A stretch of DNA of 64,000 nucleotides from Candidatus Latescibacterota bacterium (GCA_965248755.1 OZ252149.1:512001-576000), one strand, 5' to 3'. Numbered from the stretch's first letter, positions 21,195 through 33,555 are shown. Made by a program: numbers and translations. Notes: generated from the sequence alone by a model not told the origin.

Positions 21195-24100
21195 TCAGTC
21201 GTTTATCGTCAATGATTCTGGCTGTTTGTCCTTCCCTTCGTCGCCAAGAGCCTCTACCTCCGGAACTGTCGTCTCATCTTCTTGGGCAGCTTCGCCGTCA
21301 GGCTCTGTCAGGGCCTCTATCTTAATTCCCTCGCCTTCTGCGGCTCTGTAGTAAGCGCTTCGGTAATGTGGGGACCCGGTCCCGGCAGGGATCAGGTGTC
21401 CGATGATCACGTTTTCCTTGAGTCCTAAAAGTTTATCCACCTTGCCCTGGATTGCAGCTTCGGTCAGTACTCTGGTCGTCTCTTGGAACGAGGCAGCCGA
21501 AATGAAGCTGTTAGTCCTCAAAGATGCCTTAGTTATCCCGAATAAAATAGGCTCAAATGTCGCCGGCTCTCCGCCTTCTTCCCCCACCTTGTTATTTTCA
21601 TCTGCGAATTTGAATCTATCGGCCTCATCACCTTCCAAAAATTCTGTATCACCGGGATCTATCACCCTGACCTTTTGAAGCATCTGACGCACGATCACTT
21701 CTACATGCTTATCGTCTATCTTCACGCCCTGGATCCTATAGACTGCCTGGATCTCGTTCACTAGATATTCCTGAACCTTATATATGCCTTGAATACTTAA
21801 GATATCGTGGGGATTTATTGGGCCTTCGTTGAGTCCTTCTCCTGCTGTAACCCTGTCTTCTTCTCTCACCTTGAGGTGTTTGCCATAGGGGATCACATAT
21901 TTTCTCTCTTCGCCGTCATCTCCTACCACGATTAGCTCTCTGGAGCCCCCTACCATTTCCCCCAACTTTACAATACCATCTATTTCGGTCACGATGGCAG
22001 GGTTTTTGGGTTTTCTGGCTTCAAATAGCTCGGCTACCCTTGGGAGTCCCCCAGTAATATCTCTTGTCTTACTTCTTTCCCTGGGTATTTTGACCAGAAG
22101 ACTTCCGGCAGAAACCTCCTGTTCATCGTGCACGAACAGATGGGCGCCCACAGGGATGATGTAGTTTCTGATCCTGTTGCTATTTTCGTCTATTATTTCG
22201 ATTCTGGGACTCAGGGATCTATCTCTTTGCTCTATGATCACTCTTTCCTTCAGACCCGACGTCTCATCCAATTCCTCGCGGAAGGTCACGTTCGTCACTA
22301 TATCGGCGAACATGGCTTTCCCCTTAACGTCTGTCAGGATAATATTGTTGTACGGATCCCATTCATACAGGAGCTGATTTTCCTTGACAGAATCCCCGTC
22401 CTTCACCTTCAACAGCGCGCCGTAGGCAATATCATGTCTTTCTCTCGATCGCTTATAGTCGTCCAGGATCTCTATCTTTCCTTTGCGACTTAAAACCCTC
22501 AGGCCTTCTCCTTCTTCTTGGCTTAAGTACTCTACGCATTCAATATCCTTAAAGCGTATTGTCCCTTCCCTTTTTGTCTCTATCTTAGACTGCTCGGCGA
22601 TCCTGCTGGCCGTTCCGCCGATGTGGAACGTCCTCAGCGTCAACTGTGTCCCCGGTTCTCCTATGCTTTGAGCCGCTATTACCCCAACTGCATCGCCTAT
22701 TTCGACGGGCCTGGCTGTGGCCAGGTTTCTCCCATAGCACTTGACACATACACCTCTTCTGGACTCGCATGTAAGGACAGAGCGAATGTGCACCGACTCT
22801 ATCCCGGCGTCCGAGATGGAAGCTGCGATTTCCTCATCTACAAGCTCATCGGCAGAGGCGATCAGTTCATCTGTCGATGGGTCATAGACATCGTACAAAA
22901 GCGTCCTGCCGACGATCCGGTCTGAAAGAGGTTCTACAACTTCTTCCCCTTCCTTTAGTTCTACAATTTCGATACCAAGTATAGTATTGCAGCCTTCCAC
23001 CGTGACGACAATATCTTGAGCCACATCCACCATCTTTCTGGTCAGATACCCAGCCTCTGCAGTCTTTAAGGCTGTATCTGCAAGTCCCTTTCTGGCACCG
23101 TGAGTGGAGATAAAATACTCCAGCACAGATAGTCCCTCTTTGAAATTTGCTATAATAGGGGTCTCGATAATCTCACCAACTGCTCCTGTTACCTTTCTTT
23201 GAGGCTTTGTCATTGGACCCCTCATTCCGCCTAACTGATTGATCTGATCGCTGCTGCCCCTTGCTCCCGAATCCCACATCATATACACAGGATTGAATCC
23301 CTCATCTATCTCTTGAAGAGCCTCAAGCATAGCCTCAGATACGTCGCCGGTAGTGTGCTGCCAGACATCAATTATCTTATTATATCTCTCACCGTCTGTG
23401 ATGATGCCTCTTGAATACTGATCCTGTATGGTCTTAACCTCTGAAAGCGCCGCATCTATGAGCTTATCCTTAACCTCCGGAATCACAACGTCGTCTATGC
23501 CTATGGTCACCCCTGATTTGGTCACATAGTTAAATCCCAGATCCTTGAGCCTGTCCGCAAATAGGGCGGTCTGTTTACCTCCATACTTTCGGTAGACCTG
23601 GGATGTGACTTCCGTGATCTTGCTGTTATTCACAAGCTCGTTTACGAACGGATAACCCTGAGGCAGGATCTCGTTGAAGATAATCCTACCCACAGTGGTC
23701 TCTACAAGCTCTCCATCTATCCTTACTTTGATCTCGCTGTTTAGAGCGATCTTCCCGTGGCTATGAGCTGCCAGGGCCTCGTCCTTATCTGAGAACACTT
23801 TCCCTTCGCCCAGATCCTTAGGCCTAACCTTCGTCAGATAGTAGCATCCCAAAGCTATATCCTGGGGCTTGTCTATCACAACTGGAGAACCGTCCGAAGG
23901 CTTCAACAGGTTATTCGACGAAAGCATCAGAACTTTCGCCTCTGTCTGTGATTCAAAAGACAGCGGGACGTGCACCGCCATCTGATCTCCGTCGAAGTCA
24001 GCGTTAAACGCCGCACATACTAAAGGATGGATTTTGATAGCCTTCCCTTCAACCAGCACGGGCTGAAACGCCTGAATTCCAAGTCTGTGCAGAGTAGGAG

Positions 24101-25358
24101 CCCTGTTTAGGAGCACGCAGTGCTCGGCTATGATCTCCTCTAAAATGTCCCATACTTCGGACTTTTCCTGCTCGACCATCTTCTTGGCACTCTTGACTGT
24201 CTGGACCAAGCCCTTCTCCTGGAGTCTCTTGATGATAAAGGGCTTAAAGAGTTCCACCGCCATGCTCTTGGGCAGACCGCATTGATGCAGCTTCATTTCT
24301 GGACCTACTACGATCACAGACCTTCCGGAATAATCAACTCTCTTTCCCAGAAGGTTCTGTCTGAATCTGCCCTGTTTGCCCTTCAAAAGATCAGAAAGGG
24401 ATTTTAAGGCTCTGTTGCCATTGCCCCTTACGGCTTTTGATCTTCTCCCATTGTCAAAGAGGGTATCCACAGCTTCCTGGAGCATCCTCTTTTCGTTTCT
24501 CAGGATCACTTCGGGGGCCTTAATCTCTATCAGCTTCTTCAGGCGGTTGTTTCTATTGATTACACGCTTGTACAGATCGTTTAGATCAGAAGTTGCAAAT
24601 CTTCCACCATCCAGTGGAACCAGCGGCCTCAAATCCGGCGGAATAACCGGTATCGCGTCCATAATCATCCATTCTGGTCTATTATTGGACTGCCTGAATG
24701 CCTCTACTACTTTCAGTCTCTTTAGGGCATCCTGCTTCCTCTGCACAGAGGTCTCCATTCTGGCCTGAGTCCGCAAGCTAGCCGAAAGTTCCTCTATATC
24801 TATGTTTTGGAAGAGTTTCTTCACGGCGGGCGCCCCTATACCCACCTCGAAGTGACACCTTTGTTCCTCCAGGTCGATCACCTCATCCTCAGAAAGGAGA
24901 TCCTTTTCATTTATCGGGGCATCTCCTTTGTCGATCACTACGTACGACTCGTAGTAAAGGATCCTTTCCAAATTTCGTACTGAAATATCCAGAAGATGGC
25001 TCATCCTGGAGGGGAGAGATTTGAAATACCATATATGAGATACAGGAACAGCCAACTTGACATGCCCGAGCCTTTCTCTTCTGACCTTACTCTGAGTTAC
25101 TTCCACCCCGCACCTGTCGCATATAACGCCTTTGTACCTTATCCTCTTGTACTTTCCGCAGTGACACTCCCAATCTTTTACAGGTCCGAATATCCGCTCG
25201 CAAAAGAGTCCATCTCTTTCGGGCTTGAACGAACGGTAGTTGATAGTCTCGGGTTTGGTCACCTCTCCATGTGACCACTTCAATATACTCTCAGGAGACG
25301 CCAACTGAACCCTAATAGAATTAAAACCCCTGGACTTCCTTAGATTAGAATCGATCAC
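21195..25358 (-). CDS. rpoC: RNA polymerase subunit beta'
   Basis: NADFDGD catalytic motif, Zn ribbon, [13 protein letters not shown]. Confidence 0.99.
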   Translation of the reverse strand: MIDSNLRKSRGFNSIRVQLASPESILKWSHGEVTKPETINYRSFKPERDGLFCERIFGPVKDWECHCGKYKRIRYKGVICDRCGVEVTQSKVRRERLGHVKLAVPVSHIWYFKSLPSRMSHLLDISVRNLERILYYESYVVIDKGDAPINEKDLLSEDEVIDLEEQRCHFEVGIGAPAVKKLFQNIDIEELSASLRTQARMETSVQRKQDALKRLKVVEAFRQSNNRPEWMIMDAIPVIPPDLRPLVPLDGGRFATSDLNDLYKRVINRNNRLKKLIEIKAPEVILRNEKRMLQEAVDTLFDNGRRSKAVRGNGNRALKSLSDLLKGKQGRFRQNLLGKRVDYSGRSVIVVGPEMKLHQCGLPKSMAVELFKPFIIKRLQEKGLVQTVKSAKKMVEQEKSEVWDILEEIIAEHCVLLNRAPTLHRLGIQAFQPVLVEGKAIKIHPLVCAAFNADFDGDQMAVHVPLSFESQTEAKVLMLSSNNLLKPSDGSPVVIDKPQDIALGCYYLTKVRPKDLGEGKVFSDKDEALAAHSHGKIALNSEIKVRIDGELVETTVGRIIFNEILPQGYPFVNELVNNSKITEVTSQVYRKYGGKQTALFADRLKDLGFNYVTKSGVTIGIDDVVIPEVKDKLIDAALSEVKTIQDQYSRGIITDGERYNKIIDVWQHTTGDVSEAMLEALQEIDEGFNPVYMMWDSGARGSSDQINQLGGMRGPMTKPQRKVTGAVGEIIETPIIANFKEGLSVLEYFISTHGARKGLADTALKTAEAGYLTRKMVDVAQDIVVTVEGCNTILGIEIVELKEGEEVVEPLSDRIVGRTLLYDVYDPSTDELIASADELVDEEIAASISDAGIESVHIRSVLTCESRRGVCVKCYGRNLATARPVEIGDAVGVIAAQSIGEPGTQLTLRTFHIGGTASRIAEQSKIETKREGTIRFKDIECVEYLSQEEGEGLRVLSRKGKIEILDDYKRSRERHDIAYGALLKVKDGDSVKENQLLYEWDPYNNIILTDVKGKAMFADIVTNVTFREELDETSGLKERVIIEQRDRSLSPRIEIIDENSNRIRNYIIPVGAHLFVHDEQEVSAGSLLVKIPRERSKTRDITGGLPRVAELFEARKPKNPAIVTEIDGIVKLGEMVGGSRELIVVGDDGEERKYVIPYGKHLKVREEDRVTAGEGLNEGPINPHDILSIQGIYKVQEYLVNEIQAVYRIQGVKIDDKHVEVIVRQMLQKVRVIDPGDTEFLEGDEADRFKFADENNKVGEEGGEPATFEPILFGITKASLRTNSFISAASFQETTRVLTEAAIQGKVDKLLGLKENVIIGHLIPAGTGSPHYRSAYYRAAEGEGIKIEALTEPDGEAAQEDETTVPEVEALGDEGKDKQPESLTIND

Positions 25359-25424
25359 TTAAGATACCCCCTAAATAAGTACGTAGTAGGCAGCGCGCGT
25401 TCTCCCTTGTTCACTGAGTACTCT

Positions 25425-28400
25425 CTACTCTTGTAAAGCTTCGCTGTTTTCCAGACGGATATCTAAACCTAAACTCTGAAGTTCCTTTACCAAAACGTTA
25501 AACGACTCCGGTATCCCCGGCTCAGGAGAGTTTTCACCCTTGACTATGGCCTCGTAGATTTTGGATCTTCCCACCACATCATCCGACTTGACTGTCAGCA
25601 TTTCCTGTAAAAGATGGGCCGCGCCGTAAGCCTCCAGAGCCCAGACCTCCATCTCTCCAATGCGCTGACCGCCAAACTGAGCTTTCCCTCCCAGTGGCTG
25701 CTGAGTTACGAGTGAATACGGCCCGATAGATCGTGCGTGTATCTTATCTGCCACAAGGTGTGAGAGCTTCATCATATAAAGATAGCCAACTGTAACCTCT
25801 TTGTCAAACGGTTCTCCCGTTCTTCCGTCGACAAGGACAGTCTTTCCGCTTTCAGGGAGTCCCGCCTCCTTCAGAGTTGATTTGACTTCATCCAAAGTTG
25901 CCCCGTCGAATACAGGAGTCGCTACATACCTGTTCAGCTCTTTTGCCGCCCACCCCAGGTGAGTCTCTAATATTTGGCCCAAGTTCATCCTACCTGGAAC
26001 TCCGAGGGGATTCAGTATAACATCCACAGGCGTTCCATTCGGAAGACAGGGCATATCCTCCTCGGGCACGATCTTAGACACGACCCCTTTATTACCGTGT
26101 CTTCCTGCCACCTTATCTCCTACCGAGAGTCTCCCCTTCCTTGCCACGTAAACCTTTATAAGCTGCACGATCCCTGGGGGTAGCTCATCTCCCCTTGTGA
26201 TCTTATCTATGTCGCGGTCCAAACGTTCCTTCACCGACTCGATCTCGTCTTGGGCAATCTTTATCAATTGCTCTGCCATCCGATTCACTTCATCGTCGGC
26301 CGTCCATCCATCCTCTGGCCGAGCTCGGTCAAAATCGATGCTTGTGAGTAGCTTTTCAGTAAAAACCCGACCTTTATTAACCACCACAGAGTCATCTTCC
26401 TTGTTCCAAAGAGTCCTAGTTCTTCTGTGTTGCAGGATTCCTCTTATCTGTTCATCCCTCAGCGATTTGATGTTTTTTATCATACTTTCTGCTTCTACTC
26501 TCAGCCCCTCTATCTTTTCTTTATCCACCTTTTTAGTGTTTTCATCTCTTTCCTTCCTTGAAAAGACTACTCTTCCCATAACCACGCCGTCCATTCCTGC
26601 GGTAGCTCTCAGTGAAGCATCTCTTACGTCCCCCGCCTTCTCACCGAAGATAGCCCTTAAGAGTCTTTCTTCGGGTGAAAGCTCAGTTTCACCTTTGGGG
26701 GTAACTTTCCCAACCAAGATATCGTTTGGGCCTACTTCTGCCCCAACACGAATGATCCCCCTTTCATCGAGATTTCTGACGAACTGTTCGTTTACATTGG
26801 GGATCTCTCTTGTTATTTCCTCCACACCCCTTTTTGTATCCCGCACCTGAATCTCGAACTCTTCAATATGTATTGAAGTAAGCACATCGTCTTTTAACAG
26901 CCTTTCGCTTACCACTATAGCATCCTCGAAATTACATCCGCTCCAGGACATAAAAGCCACCAGGACGTTTGCTCCAAGCGCAAGGTCTCCTCTGTCTGTG
27001 GATGGACCGTCCGCTAAAACGTCTCCCTTTTGCACCTTATCCTTTACTCTTACGATGGGCCTTTGATTTACACAGCAGTCGTGATTAGACCTTTTGAACT
27101 TAGTCAGGCGGTATCTGTCGCAATCGGAGAACCCCAATGAGGGCGATTCGTCTTTACCTGATTTATCTTTCTTTACTGTGATCCTATCTGCCGTCACCTC
27201 TATTACCTGTCCGGAGTTTTTGGCCATAATCATAACTCCGGAGTCCATCGCAGTCTTGCGCTCGATTCCTGTGCCTACGTATGGAGCATCTGTCTTCAAA
27301 AGTGGGACGCCCTGACGCTGCATATTCGACCCCATTAAGGCTCTATTTGCATCGTCGTGCTCCAAGAAGGGGATCAGTGCTGCAGCCACGCTTACCAACT
27401 GCTTGGGGGACACATCCATATAGTCTATCTCTTTTGGTGACACGATGGGGAAATCTCCTCTCTTTCTGGCCTTAACCAAAGAATCAGAAAACCTCCCGTT
27501 TTTATCTAATTTCGATTTAGCTTGAGCTATAGTGTACCTATCCTCGGCATCTGCAGACAGATACTCTATCTTTGAGGTCACTTTTCCGTTTTTCACCACC
27601 CTGTAGGGAGTCTCCAAGAACCCCAGCGAGTTTACCCTTGTATAGGTGCTCAACGAGGCAATAAGACCGATGTTAGGACCCTCTGGCGTCTCTATAGGAC
27701 ATATCCTCCCGTAGTGGGTGTGATGGACGTCCCTGACCTCAAATCCTGCTCGATCCTTTGTCAAGCCTCCCGGTCCAAGAGCGGAAAGCCTCCTTTTGTG
27801 CGTCATCCCATCCAAAGGGTTTATCTGCGCCATAAACTGAGAAAGCTGGCCGCTTCCAAAGAACGACATTATGGCTGTCGAGACTGTCCTTGCATTCACA
27901 AGTGCTTGAGGTGTTAGAGAATCGCTGTCTCTTAAGCTCATTCGCTCTCTTATAGTCTTTGCCATTCTGGAGAGCCCAGCTGAAAACTGTTTTGATGCGA
28001 GTTCTCCGACCGATCTCACCCTCCGATTGCCCAGATGATCTATATCGTCTGTGTAGCCGCCGCCGCTGTGAAGTTCCGAGAGATAGCCTATGATGCTGAT
28101 AAAATCCTTCTTATGAAGAACTGTGCTCTTGAGGGGTATGTCCAGTTGCAGACGCTGATTTATCCTGTAGCGCCCCACTTCTCCAAGATTATAGCGCTTA
28201 GGGTTAAAAAATAGCTTCTCCAAGTGACTTTTAGCTGTCTCAACGTTAGGAGGATCACCCGGCCTCAGAAGGCTATATATCCTGGACAGGGCCTCCTCTT
28301 GGCTGTCGCACGTATCCTTATTTAACGTATTCTTTATGACCCCATTTTCTACCTCTTCTGGATCCATACTGACGACTTCTATGCTCTTGATACCGGACTT

Positions 28401-29372
28401 TTGGAGAGATATTACGGAATTCTCTGTTACGACCTCGAATTCTTGGAGAGTAAGCTCCCCGTTCGACTCGTCCACGATATCCTCAAGGCAGATATGCCCG
28501 ATTATGTCTTCATCTACAGTCCTTCTTTGGCGGGAGAGCACCTGAACTCCCTTTACCCCGACGCTTTTGAGAATCTCAAGGTGTTCTGTATCCAGCTTTG
28601 TGAGCCAGTCTATCAGGACCTCTCCGGAATCCTTGTCTACTACCTCATCCATCAAGATTTGGTTCGCCAAATTCTTATCTATCTTCTTTGACTTCCTTGA
28701 TCCATGGAACACAGCAAGGATGTGTCCCTCAGTTGGGAATCCTAAAGCCCTCAGAAGGACTGTTACGGGGATCTTTCTTTTTCGTTCGATCTGGACATAC
28801 ATAAGGTCGTTTATGTCCATGCTGAACTCGAACCACGTGCCTCTGTCGGGTATAACCCTCGCTGAGTAGAGGTTCTTTCCGTTGGGGTGAGTCGTTTCGT
28901 CGAAGAAGCAGCCGGGAGAGCGATGAAGCTGACTTACTATCACCTTTTCGACCCCATTAATTACAAATGTCCCGTTTGGGGTCATTAGTGGAAGCTCACC
29001 TAAAAAGACAGATTGTTCTATAATATCCTTTATCTTTTCCTTATCCTGACGGTCCCTGGAAATAAGCCTCAAAGTCGCCTTCAGGGGCGCTGCATAGGTC
29101 GAATCTCTTTCCTGGCACTCCTCGATGCTGTATTTGGGTTTGCCCATAGAGTAGTTGACAAACTCCAAAGTATATGCATTGTGAATATCGGAGATCGGAA
29201 AAATAGCCCTGAATACCGACTGAAGGCCCTTATTTTCTCTCTTTTCAGGCGGTACATCAGCTTGAAGAAACAAATCATAAGAATTGATCTGGATTTCCAA
29301 AAGATCGGGTATTTCGATAATCTCAGGCGTCTTGGCGTAGGACTTACGCGCTAAAATTCCTATCTCGTCCAA
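25425..29372 (-). CDS. rpoB: RNA polymerase subunit beta
   Basis: [42 protein letters not shown]. Confidence 0.99.
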   Translation of the reverse strand: MDEIGILARKSYAKTPEIIEIPDLLEIQINSYDLFLQADVPPEKRENKGLQSVFRAIFPISDIHNAYTLEFVNYSMGKPKYSIEECQERDSTYAAPLKATLRLISRDRQDKEKIKDIIEQSVFLGELPLMTPNGTFVINGVEKVIVSQLHRSPGCFFDETTHPNGKNLYSARVIPDRGTWFEFSMDINDLMYVQIERKRKIPVTVLLRALGFPTEGHILAVFHGSRKSKKIDKNLANQILMDEVVDKDSGEVLIDWLTKLDTEHLEILKSVGVKGVQVLSRQRRTVDEDIIGHICLEDIVDESNGELTLQEFEVVTENSVISLQKSGIKSIEVVSMDPEEVENGVIKNTLNKDTCDSQEEALSRIYSLLRPGDPPNVETAKSHLEKLFFNPKRYNLGEVGRYRINQRLQLDIPLKSTVLHKKDFISIIGYLSELHSGGGYTDDIDHLGNRRVRSVGELASKQFSAGLSRMAKTIRERMSLRDSDSLTPQALVNARTVSTAIMSFFGSGQLSQFMAQINPLDGMTHKRRLSALGPGGLTKDRAGFEVRDVHHTHYGRICPIETPEGPNIGLIASLSTYTRVNSLGFLETPYRVVKNGKVTSKIEYLSADAEDRYTIAQAKSKLDKNGRFSDSLVKARKRGDFPIVSPKEIDYMDVSPKQLVSVAAALIPFLEHDDANRALMGSNMQRQGVPLLKTDAPYVGTGIERKTAMDSGVMIMAKNSGQVIEVTADRITVKKDKSGKDESPSLGFSDCDRYRLTKFKRSNHDCCVNQRPIVRVKDKVQKGDVLADGPSTDRGDLALGANVLVAFMSWSGCNFEDAIVVSERLLKDDVLTSIHIEEFEIQVRDTKRGVEEITREIPNVNEQFVRNLDERGIIRVGAEVGPNDILVGKVTPKGETELSPEERLLRAIFGEKAGDVRDASLRATAGMDGVVMGRVVFSRKERDENTKKVDKEKIEGLRVEAESMIKNIKSLRDEQIRGILQHRRTRTLWNKEDDSVVVNKGRVFTEKLLTSIDFDRARPEDGWTADDEVNRMAEQLIKIAQDEIESVKERLDRDIDKITRGDELPPGIVQLIKVYVARKGRLSVGDKVAGRHGNKGVVSKIVPEEDMPCLPNGTPVDVILNPLGVPGRMNLGQILETHLGWAAKELNRYVATPVFDGATLDEVKSTLKEAGLPESGKTVLVDGRTGEPFDKEVTVGYLYMMKLSHLVADKIHARSIGPYSLVTQQPLGGKAQFGGQRIGEMEVWALEAYGAAHLLQEMLTVKSDDVVGRSKIYEAIVKGENSPEPGIPESFNVLVKELQSLGLDIRLENSEALQE

Positions 29373-29507
29373 ATCAGCTCACGCTCCTTAAGTTAGAATA
29401 TGACGAACCATAAACGACCGTTAAGGGCTTCAAGGGTCACCTCTTTTCACCGTTCACATCTTTAGAGGCAGAAGGCATTTCTAACTGATACTTGACTTTT
29501 TAGATTC

Positions 29508-29906
29508 CTACTTTATCTCAACTGTAGCGCCGACCTCTTCGAGTTTGGCCTTAATATCTTCGACTTCTTCTTTGGATGCGCCTTCCTTAACGGAGTTGGG
29601 GGCAGAATCCACCAGAGCCTTAGCCTCCTTGAGTCCTAAATCTGTCAGCGATCTTACCACCTTTATAACCTGAATCTTCTTTTCTCCGATCTCGGTCAGG
29701 ATCGCATCAAACTCTGTCTGTTCCTCCTCCTGGGGAGCCTCAGCCTCTGCACTGGGGGCCGCGGGTCCAGACAATACGGCGGGAGCAGCCGCAGTTACGC
29801 CGAACTCGTCCTCCAAAGACTTCACAAGGTCTGTCAACTCCAAGACGGATAACTCCTTGATAGATTTCATAATTTCTTCAACGCCGCTCTTGCTTTTAAC
29901 AGCCAT
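29508..29906 (-). CDS. rplL: 50S ribosomal protein L7/L12
   Basis: [30 protein letters not shown]. Confidence 0.99.
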   Translation of the reverse strand: MAVKSKSGVEEIMKSIKELSVLELTDLVKSLEDEFGVTAAAPAVLSGPAAPSAEAEAPQEEEQTEFDAILTEIGEKKIQVIKVVRSLTDLGLKEAKALVDSAPNSVKEGASKEEVEDIKAKLEEVGATVEIK

Positions 29907-29952
29907 ATTTACTACCCTCCAATGCTACTGTCGTTAAGAACATGGATAATTA

Positions 29953-30486
29953 TCATCCCGAGTTGTCTTCTTCTTGTCTTTTCTTGGCTACAGCATCCAA
30001 GGTGCGCACTAATTTTAAGGAGATCCCAGCCAAAGCCCAGACTAATCTGAAGATCGGAGACTTCACCCCTTGGACCACCTTGGCTAAAATCTCATCCCTT
30101 GGCAAAACCTTCGACAGAGCATCTATTTGATCCTCATTGAAGAAGTTTCCCTCTACAAGTCCGCTCTTGATAGTTGGCTTTCCAGTGTCCGTGGCAAACT
30201 TTTTTAACAGTCTTGCAGGTGCCACAGGGTCACCTTCTGTATAAGCAATAGCAATAGGGCCTGTTAAGAATTCTTTTAACTGGGGAAGCCCTGCCTTATC
30301 TGCCGCCAGCCTCGTCAGAGAATCCTTTACGACCCGATAAGAGATTGAGGATTCCTTCAACGTCCTCCTCATGTCCGTCATAGACTGCACATTTATGCCC
30401 GTAAAGTCCGTCAGGAATATGCCGCTGGACGAAGAAAGAATATTCGTCAGCTCTTCCACAATCGCTTCTTTTTCAGGCGCAGGCAT
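29953..30486 (-). CDS. rplJ: 50S ribosomal protein L10
   Basis: Between rplA and rplL; DFTGINV..M..MRR, LTGPIAIA. Confidence 0.95.
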   Translation of the reverse strand: MPAPEKEAIVEELTNILSSSSGIFLTDFTGINVQSMTDMRRTLKESSISYRVVKDSLTRLAADKAGLPQLKEFLTGPIAIAYTEGDPVAPARLLKKFATDTGKPTIKSGLVEGNFFNEDQIDALSKVLPRDEILAKVVQGVKSPIFRLVWALAGISLKLVRTLDAVAKKRQEEDNSG

Positions 30487-30581
30487 GATCCTTATATCCT
30501 TGTGGGTTATCCTAGTGAGTAGACCACATACAGAGAATGGAGTAGGTACCCCCTGTCTGCTGACTAACGTCCATCGAATGC

Positions 30582-31277
30582 TTATCTGTTGGTCAGGACC
30601 GACTCACTCAGTTTGATTCCCGGACTCATTGTAGATGAAATCGTAATAGACCTTACATACTGTCCTTTTGCCGCAGGAGGTCTTGCTCTCAGAATAGCGG
30701 TAAAGAGGGCCTTCGAGTTTTCCTTTAATTCTTCATCCTCAAACGATATTTTGCCCACAGGGACGTGGACATTCCCTGTGTTGTCCACCCTAAACTCTAC
30801 TCGACCAGCTTTGGACTCTTTCACGGCCTTTCCTACTTCCTGGGTAACCGTACCGCTCTTAGGGTTCGGCATAAGTCCACGGGGACCCAATATTCTTCCG
30901 AGCTTTCCCACCTTGCTCATCATCGCGGGCACAGCTATAGCTAAATCGAAATCCGTCCATCCGCCTGATATTCTCTGGACTAACTCGTCCGCCCCTACGT
31001 AATCTGCTCCAGACTCTTTGGCTTCCTGGGCCAATTCACCCTCAGCAAATACCAAAACTACTGTCTGCCTTCCCGTACCGTGAGGTAACACCAGCGTTTC
31101 CCTTACTATTTGATCGGCATGCCTTGGATCTACTCCCAGCCGCATAGAAACTTCCACGGTCTCATCAAACTTGCTCTTATGCATTCCCTTTAATAGTTTC
31201 AATCCCTCCTCTAGGCCGTAGCGTTCTTTCCGGTCTAAAGTCGAAACATTTTCTTTGTAATTTTTGCCCCTGAACAT
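30582..31277 (-). CDS. rplA: 50S ribosomal protein L1 (start revised to ATG 31277)
   Basis: [34 protein letters not shown]. Confidence 0.98.
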   Translation of the reverse strand: MFRGKNYKENVSTLDRKERYGLEEGLKLLKGMHKSKFDETVEVSMRLGVDPRHADQIVRETLVLPHGTGRQTVVLVFAEGELAQEAKESGADYVGADELVQRISGGWTDFDLAIAVPAMMSKVGKLGRILGPRGLMPNPKSGTVTQEVGKAVKESKAGRVEFRVDNTGNVHVPVGKISFEDEELKENSKALFTAILRARPPAAKGQYVRSITISSTMSPGIKLSESVLTNR

Positions 31278-31367
31278 ACGAAGTTCCTCATTTACTGTTA
31301 AAGCATAAGCTCTTGTATTGTTAAAGCATAAGCTCTGGCAACCATACCTCAAAGTTTTGCTGTAGCT

Positions 31368-31796
31368 CTATTCTCCCTCAACCGTAATCCCCATATTCTT
31401 TGCAGTTCCAATAACTATTTTCATAGCAGCATCTATACTTGTAGCATTTAGATCGGGTATCTTGACTTCTGCTATTTCCCTTATTTGATCGATCGTTATA
31501 GTTCCCACCTTTTGCTTATTTGGCTCAGGTGATCCTTTTTCGATATTCAAAGTCTTTTTCAGAAGGAACGACACAGGAGGTTTCTTAGTTACAAACGAAA
31601 AGGATCGGTCGGCATAGATCGTAATCACCACGGGAATAAGGAGTCCAGCATCGCTCTGGGTCCTTGCGTTAAACTCCTTGCAAAACTCCATCATATTCAC
31701 GCCGTGAGGCCCCAAAGCCGGAGCTATAGGAGGTTCTGGCTTTGCGCTCCCCCCTGAAATTTGAAGTTTGACTGTTGCAATAACTTTCTTAGCCAA
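31368..31796 (-). CDS. rplK: 50S ribosomal protein L11
   Basis: [38 protein letters not shown]. Confidence 0.98.
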   Translation of the reverse strand: MAKKVIATVKLQISGGSAKPEPPIAPALGPHGVNMMEFCKEFNARTQSDAGLLIPVVITIYADRSFSFVTKKPPVSFLLKKTLNIEKGSPEPNKQKVGTITIDQIREIAEVKIPDLNATSIDAAMKIVIGTAKNMGITVEGE

Positions 31797-31814
31797 TTTG
31801 AAGGACCTCTCCGG

Positions 31815-32363
31815 TTACTTTTGCTCTTCTTCTGGCATACTTTCCACCTGGAGGATGTCTAACTCTACAGGTGTCTGTCTTCCGAAGATGCTCACCATCA
31901 CCTTGATCTTGTTCTTTTCAAGATTCATCTCCCGAACAATCCCGAAAAAGTCATTAAACGGCCCGTCGATCACCTTGACTCTGTCGCCTAACAAATACGG
32001 GACGTCAGGACCCTCCTTGGACTTACCTCTATCTATCTGTCCTAGGATCCTGTTCACCTCACTGCTCCTCAATGGCTCGGGGTTTTTCCCGGAGCCCACA
32101 AAGCTTGTGACCCCCGGTACGTTTGTCACCAAGTACCAGGTGTCCCTATCTACTTCCATTTCCACAAGTACATAACTCGGAAGAAACTTCTTGGTCAAAG
32201 TCATTCTCCGTCCATCCTTTATCTCCATGACTTCCTCAGTAGGGACTACTACTCTGCCTATCCTCTCTTCAAGATCTGAAATGGCAATAGCGTTCTCCAG
32301 ATAGTTTTTCACCTTATTTTCGTGTCCAGAATAAGTATGGATAACGTACCACTTTTTCGCCAT
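31815..32363 (-). CDS. nusG: Transcription termination/antitermination factor NusG
   Basis: WYVIHTYSGHENKVK, PGVTSFVG, GPFNDF, IFGRQTPVEL. Confidence 0.99.
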   Translation of the reverse strand: MAKKWYVIHTYSGHENKVKNYLENAIAISDLEERIGRVVVPTEEVMEIKDGRRMTLTKKFLPSYVLVEMEVDRDTWYLVTNVPGVTSFVGSGKNPEPLRSSEVNRILGQIDRGKSKEGPDVPYLLGDRVKVIDGPFNDFFGIVREMNLEKNKIKVMVSIFGRQTPVELDILQVESMPEEEQK

Positions 32364-32375
32364 TATAAGGTACCC

Positions 32376-32558
32376 CTACTTGACCAGTTCCAAAAATTTG
32401 GCTAATATATTATCCACAAGAAAAATAAACACTGCAAACGCTAAGCTTGTAACTATCACGACGCCAGTAGAGCTTGTCAATTCCTCCCTTGTTGGCCAGG
32501 TCACCTTGCTCATTTCGCTTTTAACCTCTTTTAGAAACTGTGTGGGCTTTTTGAACAT
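32376..32558 (-). CDS. secE: Preprotein translocase SecE
   Basis: EMSKVTWPTREEL plus one TM helix; between tRNA-Trp and nusG. Confidence 0.96.
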   Translation of the reverse strand: MFKKPTQFLKEVKSEMSKVTWPTREELTSSTGVVIVTSLAFAVFIFLVDNILAKFLELVK

Positions 32559-32590
32559 CTTTTCCTTTTTCGTTACTACGTATTAGAAAT

Positions 32591-32668
32591 TGGCAGGCCA
32601 GGGGGGACTCGAACCCCCAACCATCGGATTTGGAGTCCGGCGCTCTAGCCAATTAGAGCTACTGGCCT
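32591..32668 (-). tRNA. tRNA-Trp (CCA)
   Basis: Cloverleaf AGGCCAG...anticodon loop CTCCAAA...TTCGAGT...CTGGCCTG-CCA. Confidence 0.96.
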
Positions 32669-32675
32669 TCAAAGT

Positions 32676-32828
32676 CTATCTAGTCTCCTTATGAACTGTG
32701 TGGGTCCTGCAGAGTGGACAAAACTTCTTATATTCTACCCTGTCGGGATGAAGTCTTCTGTTTTTGGTCGTCCTGTAGTTTCGCCTGTTGCAGACTCCGC
32801 ACACTAAAATTATCAAATCTCTTGGCAT
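32676..32828 (-). CDS. rpmG: 50S ribosomal protein L33 (Zn type)
   Basis: Manual translation: [50 protein letters not shown]. Confidence 0.96.
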   Translation of the reverse strand: MPRDLIILVCGVCNRRNYRTTKNRRLHPDRVEYKKFCPLCRTHTVHKETR

Positions 32829-32949
32829 TTATAGATTCCGAATAACATCTGATTCAAGATAGGCGTAGCGTCAAAAGCCACCTGCGAGGGCACAAAGGGC
32901 AGGTTTACATACTTAAAGGAGACTACTTACGATTCCCAAAGATTCAAAA

Positions 32950-33025
32950 TGGAGCCGACGACCGGAATCGAACCGGTGACCTCATCTCTACCAAAGATGT
33001 GCTCTACCTACTGAGCTACGTCGGC
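32950..33025 (-). tRNA. tRNA-Thr (GGT)
   Basis: GCCGACG...CATCT-TTGGTAG-AGATG...TTCGATT...CGTCGGCT-CCA. Confidence 0.95.
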
Positions 33026-33205
33026 CCTATTATCAAAGCAGAGATGTTACTGTCACACCCAGATAGAACAAGATGGATTATCTTTCTATCCGATCTACAG
33101 CCTTCTTAAAGGAGAATTCCGAGCCTTTGGACCATTCGGCTATAGAAAAAGGGAAAAACATAACCCGCAACATTTAAAAGCCATCACGGGTTTGTATCTT
33201 GTTAG

Positions 33206-33281
33206 TGGAGCGGGAAACGGGATTCGAACCCGCGACCACCGGCTTGGAAGGCCGGAGCTCTACCATCTGAGCTATTCCCGC
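33206..33281 (-). tRNA. tRNA-Gly (TCC)
   Basis: GCGGGAA...CCGGC-CTTCCAA-GCCGG...TTCGAAT...TTCCCGCT-CCA. Confidence 0.96.
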
Positions 33282-33348
33282 CTGAGCTATTCCCGCGTAT
33301 AGCAACTACCTCATCGCCTCAACTTACGCAGGCATATCCAGACTTAAT

Positions 33349-33377
33349 AATATAAGTGGATTTGAATCCTATGTCAA
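33349..33377 (-). promoter_or_regulatory. sigma70-type promoter upstream of tRNA-Gly
   Basis: TTGACA-17 nt-TATATT on the minus strand. Confidence 0.7.
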
Positions 33378-33470
33378 GAAATTTTTGTATATTTTTTCTT
33401 TTTGAATCCCCGAAAAGATCGACTCCCGATCTGTTGGGCAAACAGGGAGTCTTTAGTCTATTCAATAGTA

Positions 33471-33555
33471 TGGTGGGGAGGGAAGGATTCGAACCTTCGA
33501 AGGCAACGCCGACAGATTTACAGTCTGTTCCCTTTGACCACTTGGGTACCCCCCC
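33471..33555 (-). tRNA. tRNA-Tyr (GTA)
   Basis: GGGGGGG...ACAGA-CTGTAAA-TCTGT, long variable arm, TTCGAAT, CCA end. Confidence 0.96.

Noticed and set aside
641..32586. Many plus-strand ORFs (e.g. 26197-26850, 11546-12025) opposite ribosomal and RNAP genes
   Set aside because: Antisense shadows of conserved genes with no recognisable motifs.
32829..32949. No second tuf between tRNA-Thr and rpmG
   Set aside because: Single-tuf arrangements are common, and I could not see a tuf remnant.
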